Source: Bacteroidota bacterium
GTDB taxonomy: Bacteria; Bacteroidota; Bacteroidia; Bacteroidales; FEN-979
NCBI GenBank assembly: GCA_026391835.1
Contig: JAPLDF010000075.1
Coordinates: forward strand, 384,422 to 448,421
DNA: 64,000 nucleotides
Direction: 5' to 3'
A model generated the notes under the pieces. That model had not been told where the DNA came from. It worked only from the letters and a program-made list of their open reading frames with translations, and did not search any database. Numbering within the stretch: the stretch's first letter is position 1; the number at the start of each line of letters is the position of its first letter. Shown piece by piece: positions 62,401-64,000 of the stretch. Position numbers and translations under genes: made by a program.

Positions 62401-64000
62401 TTCCTGCCATGCCGATTTGCTGGTTTAAGGAAAACGGGGATTGGGTTACCACCAACAATGCCAATGCCACATATGATGCCGATGCACGTTCAGGCATACA
62501 ATTTTTGAGAGAATCATACATGGCCACCAACGAATATGTATGGACTCCGGGGTTTTTACTTTCACCCGGATTTTCATATGACTTTTCATTCTGGTGGGCT
62601 GGAGATACTTTTGCAGGCTGGCAGGGTGATGTCTTTTGCAATACAACCCAGTCTTCGGTGGGGGCGGTGCAACTTGGGTTGCCTTTTGTGGAATTGTCCA
62701 CGGTCACTACCAAAACCTATGCCCAGGTTACCCGGACTTTTACCCCGCCCACAGCAGGTATATACTTTTTTGCAATAAGGGTCAATTGCCCGACAACGAC
62801 GCCGTGGTACCTTAGTTTTGACGACTTCCAGGTGGTTGAACGGCAACAGGTGGTTGTCACCGGCCAGGTTGTCGATTCGCTGGGTATTGCACCCCCGGTC
62901 CAACAAATGTATATTTGTGCCCACAGGGCATGCGGCCCCAATGACACATTAAGTACGCTCAACGGAGGGATTGAGTATCACGTTGCGGGCGGAATAGGAA
63001 CATACACCATTCACTGCAACAACTTCACGAATCCACCTGCTGTAGGAGAGGAGTTGTTTATTAATTTCAGCAACCGGTCAACCCTTGAGTTTGAAGCGGC
63101 AACAGTGGTTGTCGGGCCTCTGCCGACGATTTATTATAATCCGGTGATACGTTTTGCTGTCCATAAATACCTGCCATCCAGAACTTCCTATACCTGGGTA
63201 GTTGTACCACCTCATACTTCACTCAAAGTCCATTACCGATGGACCGGTACCTGCGGCAATACAGATGTGTATTACTGGAATGGCTTTTCCTGGGTGAAGT
63301 ATGTCCAGTGGAACCACAACCACTATTGTACCTGGCGATATATCTATAACAGCAGCAATAACTGGCGGTATTTTAAGATTCACAACGATTCCCAAAGTTA
63401 TATATGGTTCGACCTGATTTATGACCTGGCTGTTTTTGCCAATACACCTGGCAATTATGCCGAATATGCTACTGTTGATGTGGGCTGGCGAAACCGGCCT
63501 TACACTTCATGTGAGTTGGGTAATATCGTTGCACCTACACATACGTTTGTCAACCAGGAAGGTGCGGTCCTGTCAGGTTTTCCATCAAGACTGGGCACCG
63601 ATGGCGTTCAAAACCTCACCATCCAGTTTGAGAGTTACAACAACATGTTCTGGAATGATATGAACCTCATGATCGACCTGGTTAACGTCACCCAGCCCGG
63701 CACCCTTGAACTTTACATACCGGATGCCACGATTCCGCATACCACTGCTTCTATAAATGCAGGGGATACCGTGTGTTACTTCAATCCCGGAGGAATACTC
63801 GCCCCCGGGACACATACAATGACCTTATCCGTCTCGGGCGGGCTTTCAATCGGGTTGGATGCGTTCAACTTCACTTCTGTGGTGCCTTATCCGGCACTGC
63901 CGTCTGTAACCACAACCCCGGTCAGCGGCATTACCTCCACATCTGCAACCAGCGGGGGTAATGTAACATCCGTGGGAGGCGCCCCGGTAACGGAAAGAGG
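59454..64000 (+). CDS. giant secreted surface protein, N-terminal 1515+ codons (open at the right edge): beta-helix repeats, FN3-like modules, MAM/choice-of-anchor-J-like module
   Basis: Absent from the ORF track because there is no stop before the window end. ATG at 59454 gives MKRLILSFIALTMCSLSFGQ (signal peptide). Many N-N-x-I/G-I-Y type beta-helix turns from about 59.9 to 61.4 kb. YYYK-containing FN3-like modules from about 61.7 to 62.3 kb. The frame was verified at the end (…PSVTTTPVSGITSTSATSGGNVTSVGGAPVTER). Confidence 0.8.
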   Translation, partial: MKRLILSFIALTMCSLSFGQLSGQKFIPGITGDPNSYATLALAISDLNSVGVGPGGVTFNVATGYTEFTVIPLLITATGTLADPILFRKDPALVGVHPVVHRTDAGTIATSTLGGQGDAVIIIQGSDYITFDAIDVLADNAGVEYGYYLRKASVTDGCKFVTIKNAAITMTKGTSSFVAGIYSSNNDVSSLPSSATGITVTTVGGRNESVTLTGNTIGNVFAGILLRGYNHTTTPYDLQDQNNVVGTSGAGNTIQNFAGNFAAASYGVYLIYQTNPSVCYNVINNVAGGGTNATLTVYGIFMSSTNAGGNFVANNNEISLGQGSASGAHCIYNAQPCNSITINNNMFSYGTFASTTTSYLINCSNATPNIMVSGNSTVGTITKTGIGQLEGYYNFGSPLSGTATISNNTFSNIVLTGASAFYGIRQYSSVNQVEIISNNTISNITGGTSTLYGIYQGYGAAGSLVNSNMITNWTGSGAMVGIYVGASIAPVSLNVVNNTINGLSTTGTSIYGIQNLLGTATNIQKNRVCNLQANNASGIVYGIYLSGGTTTNVYNNFISSLGTPIANAAIPLAGIYVSGGTNANVFFNSVNLYASSTGALFGSAAVYASTAVNLDMRNNILINKSTPKGATGYTVAYRRTTTTLATYSNSSNANNFYAGPPGPANLIFYDGTNADQTLAAYKLRVGPVRDNSSFSEDTPFVAPLCDLHLNPAIPTFCESGGVQILNPISITDDIDGNVRTIVPDVGADEFDGIFAGVVNPGNVTATPISSQQINLGFIPNPSNNNVLIVWNLTGIFTPPAGLPPAPGNSFAGGTVLSYGITSPVIHTGLTWGTTYYYKLFSYNGSSYSAGLSTFAVPSVLQPASLTAVASGPNQIDLSWARNIFLNNVIIATNTVNTFGDPVNGNAYMAGSPLAGGGTIIYVGPLTSFSHTGLNPVTTYYYKAWSVDGFTYYSGAGVIANATTPCLPVSTYPWTEGFEPPTVIPAMPICWFKENGDWVTTNNANATYDADARSGIQFLRESYMATNEYVWTPGFLLSPGFSYDFSFWWAGDTFAGWQGDVFCNTTQSSVGAVQLGLPFVELSTVTTKTYAQVTRTFTPPTAGIYFFAIRVNCPTTTPWYLSFDDFQVVERQQVVVTGQVVDSLGIAPPVQQMYICAHRACGPNDTLSTLNGGIEYHVAGGIGTYTIHCNNFTNPPAVGEELFINFSNRSTLEFEAATVVVGPLPTIYYNPVIRFAVHKYLPSRTSYTWVVVPPHTSLKVHYRWTGTCGNTDVYYWNGFSWVKYVQWNHNHYCTWRYIYNSSNNWRYFKIHNDSQSYIWFDLIYDLAVFANTPGNYAEYATVDVGWRNRPYTSCELGNIVAPTHTFVNQEGAVLSGFPSRLGTDGVQNLTIQFESYNNMFWNDMNLMIDLVNVTQPGTLELYIPDATIPHTTASINAGDTVCYFNPGGILAPGTHTMTLSVSGGLSIGLDAFNFTSVVPYPALPSVTTTPVSGITSTSATSGGNVTSVGGAPVTER

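Noticed and set aside
1-64000. tRNA, rRNA, tmRNA, RNase P, SRP RNA, transposase or integrase genes
   Set aside because: Scanning intergenic regions by eye found no T-loop-like GGTTCGAATCC-type segments with acceptor stems, no rRNA-like conserved blocks, no tmRNA or RNase P signature strings, and no ORF with DDE, tyrosine or serine recombinase motifs. A covariance-model scan would be needed to exclude small RNAs definitively.

Overview
The window looks like a chromosomal segment of a Bacteroidota-type genome. Supporting signs are TAnnTTTG -7 promoter boxes ahead of many genes, a T9SS C-terminal sorting domain, a FISUMP lipoprotein, and mutL-rhomboid-rhomboid-EEP synteny. All family calls come from reading motifs in the supplied translations by eye; no database search was run. 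From 0 to 46 kb the content is mostly housekeeping. It includes kdpF(unlisted micro-ORF)-kdpA-kdpB, a 5xPAS protein translationally coupled to a class II photolyase followed by tag, and an envelope operon (CxxCH lipoprotein, OB-fold, YceI, beta-barrel). It also includes two AlbA_2/Schlafen-like genes, pyrBI, argS, ffh-folD-queE, an OmpA/TPR/PD40 protein, thrS-infC-rpmI-rplT, ndk, nrnA, FKBP isomerases, uvrB and mutL. From 46 to 64 kb the content is accessory. It holds an orphan 604-aa secreted protein, a roughly 9.4-kb minus-strand biosynthetic-looking gene cluster, a FISUMP lipoprotein, and the first 1515+ codons of a giant beta-helix surface protein open at the right edge. The cluster runs hot-dog dehydratase, HADH-like, CxxCH haem-binding-like protein, GT2-DUF2062, B12-radical SAM, two unknowns, a decayed O-methyltransferase and a PaaK/F390-like ligase, and has no KS or ACP. 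That cluster is the best candidate for something undescribed. Other points worth a second look: short hepta/octanucleotide tandem arrays at gene boundaries (one inside a signal peptide, two flanking tag and supplying stop codons); a 1.2-kb ORF-free spacer with a perfect 32-bp palindrome carrying back-to-back promoter boxes; and a 27-nt tandem repeat with a hairpin in the infC-rpmI spacer. No tRNA, rRNA, CRISPR array, transposase or integrase could be supported.
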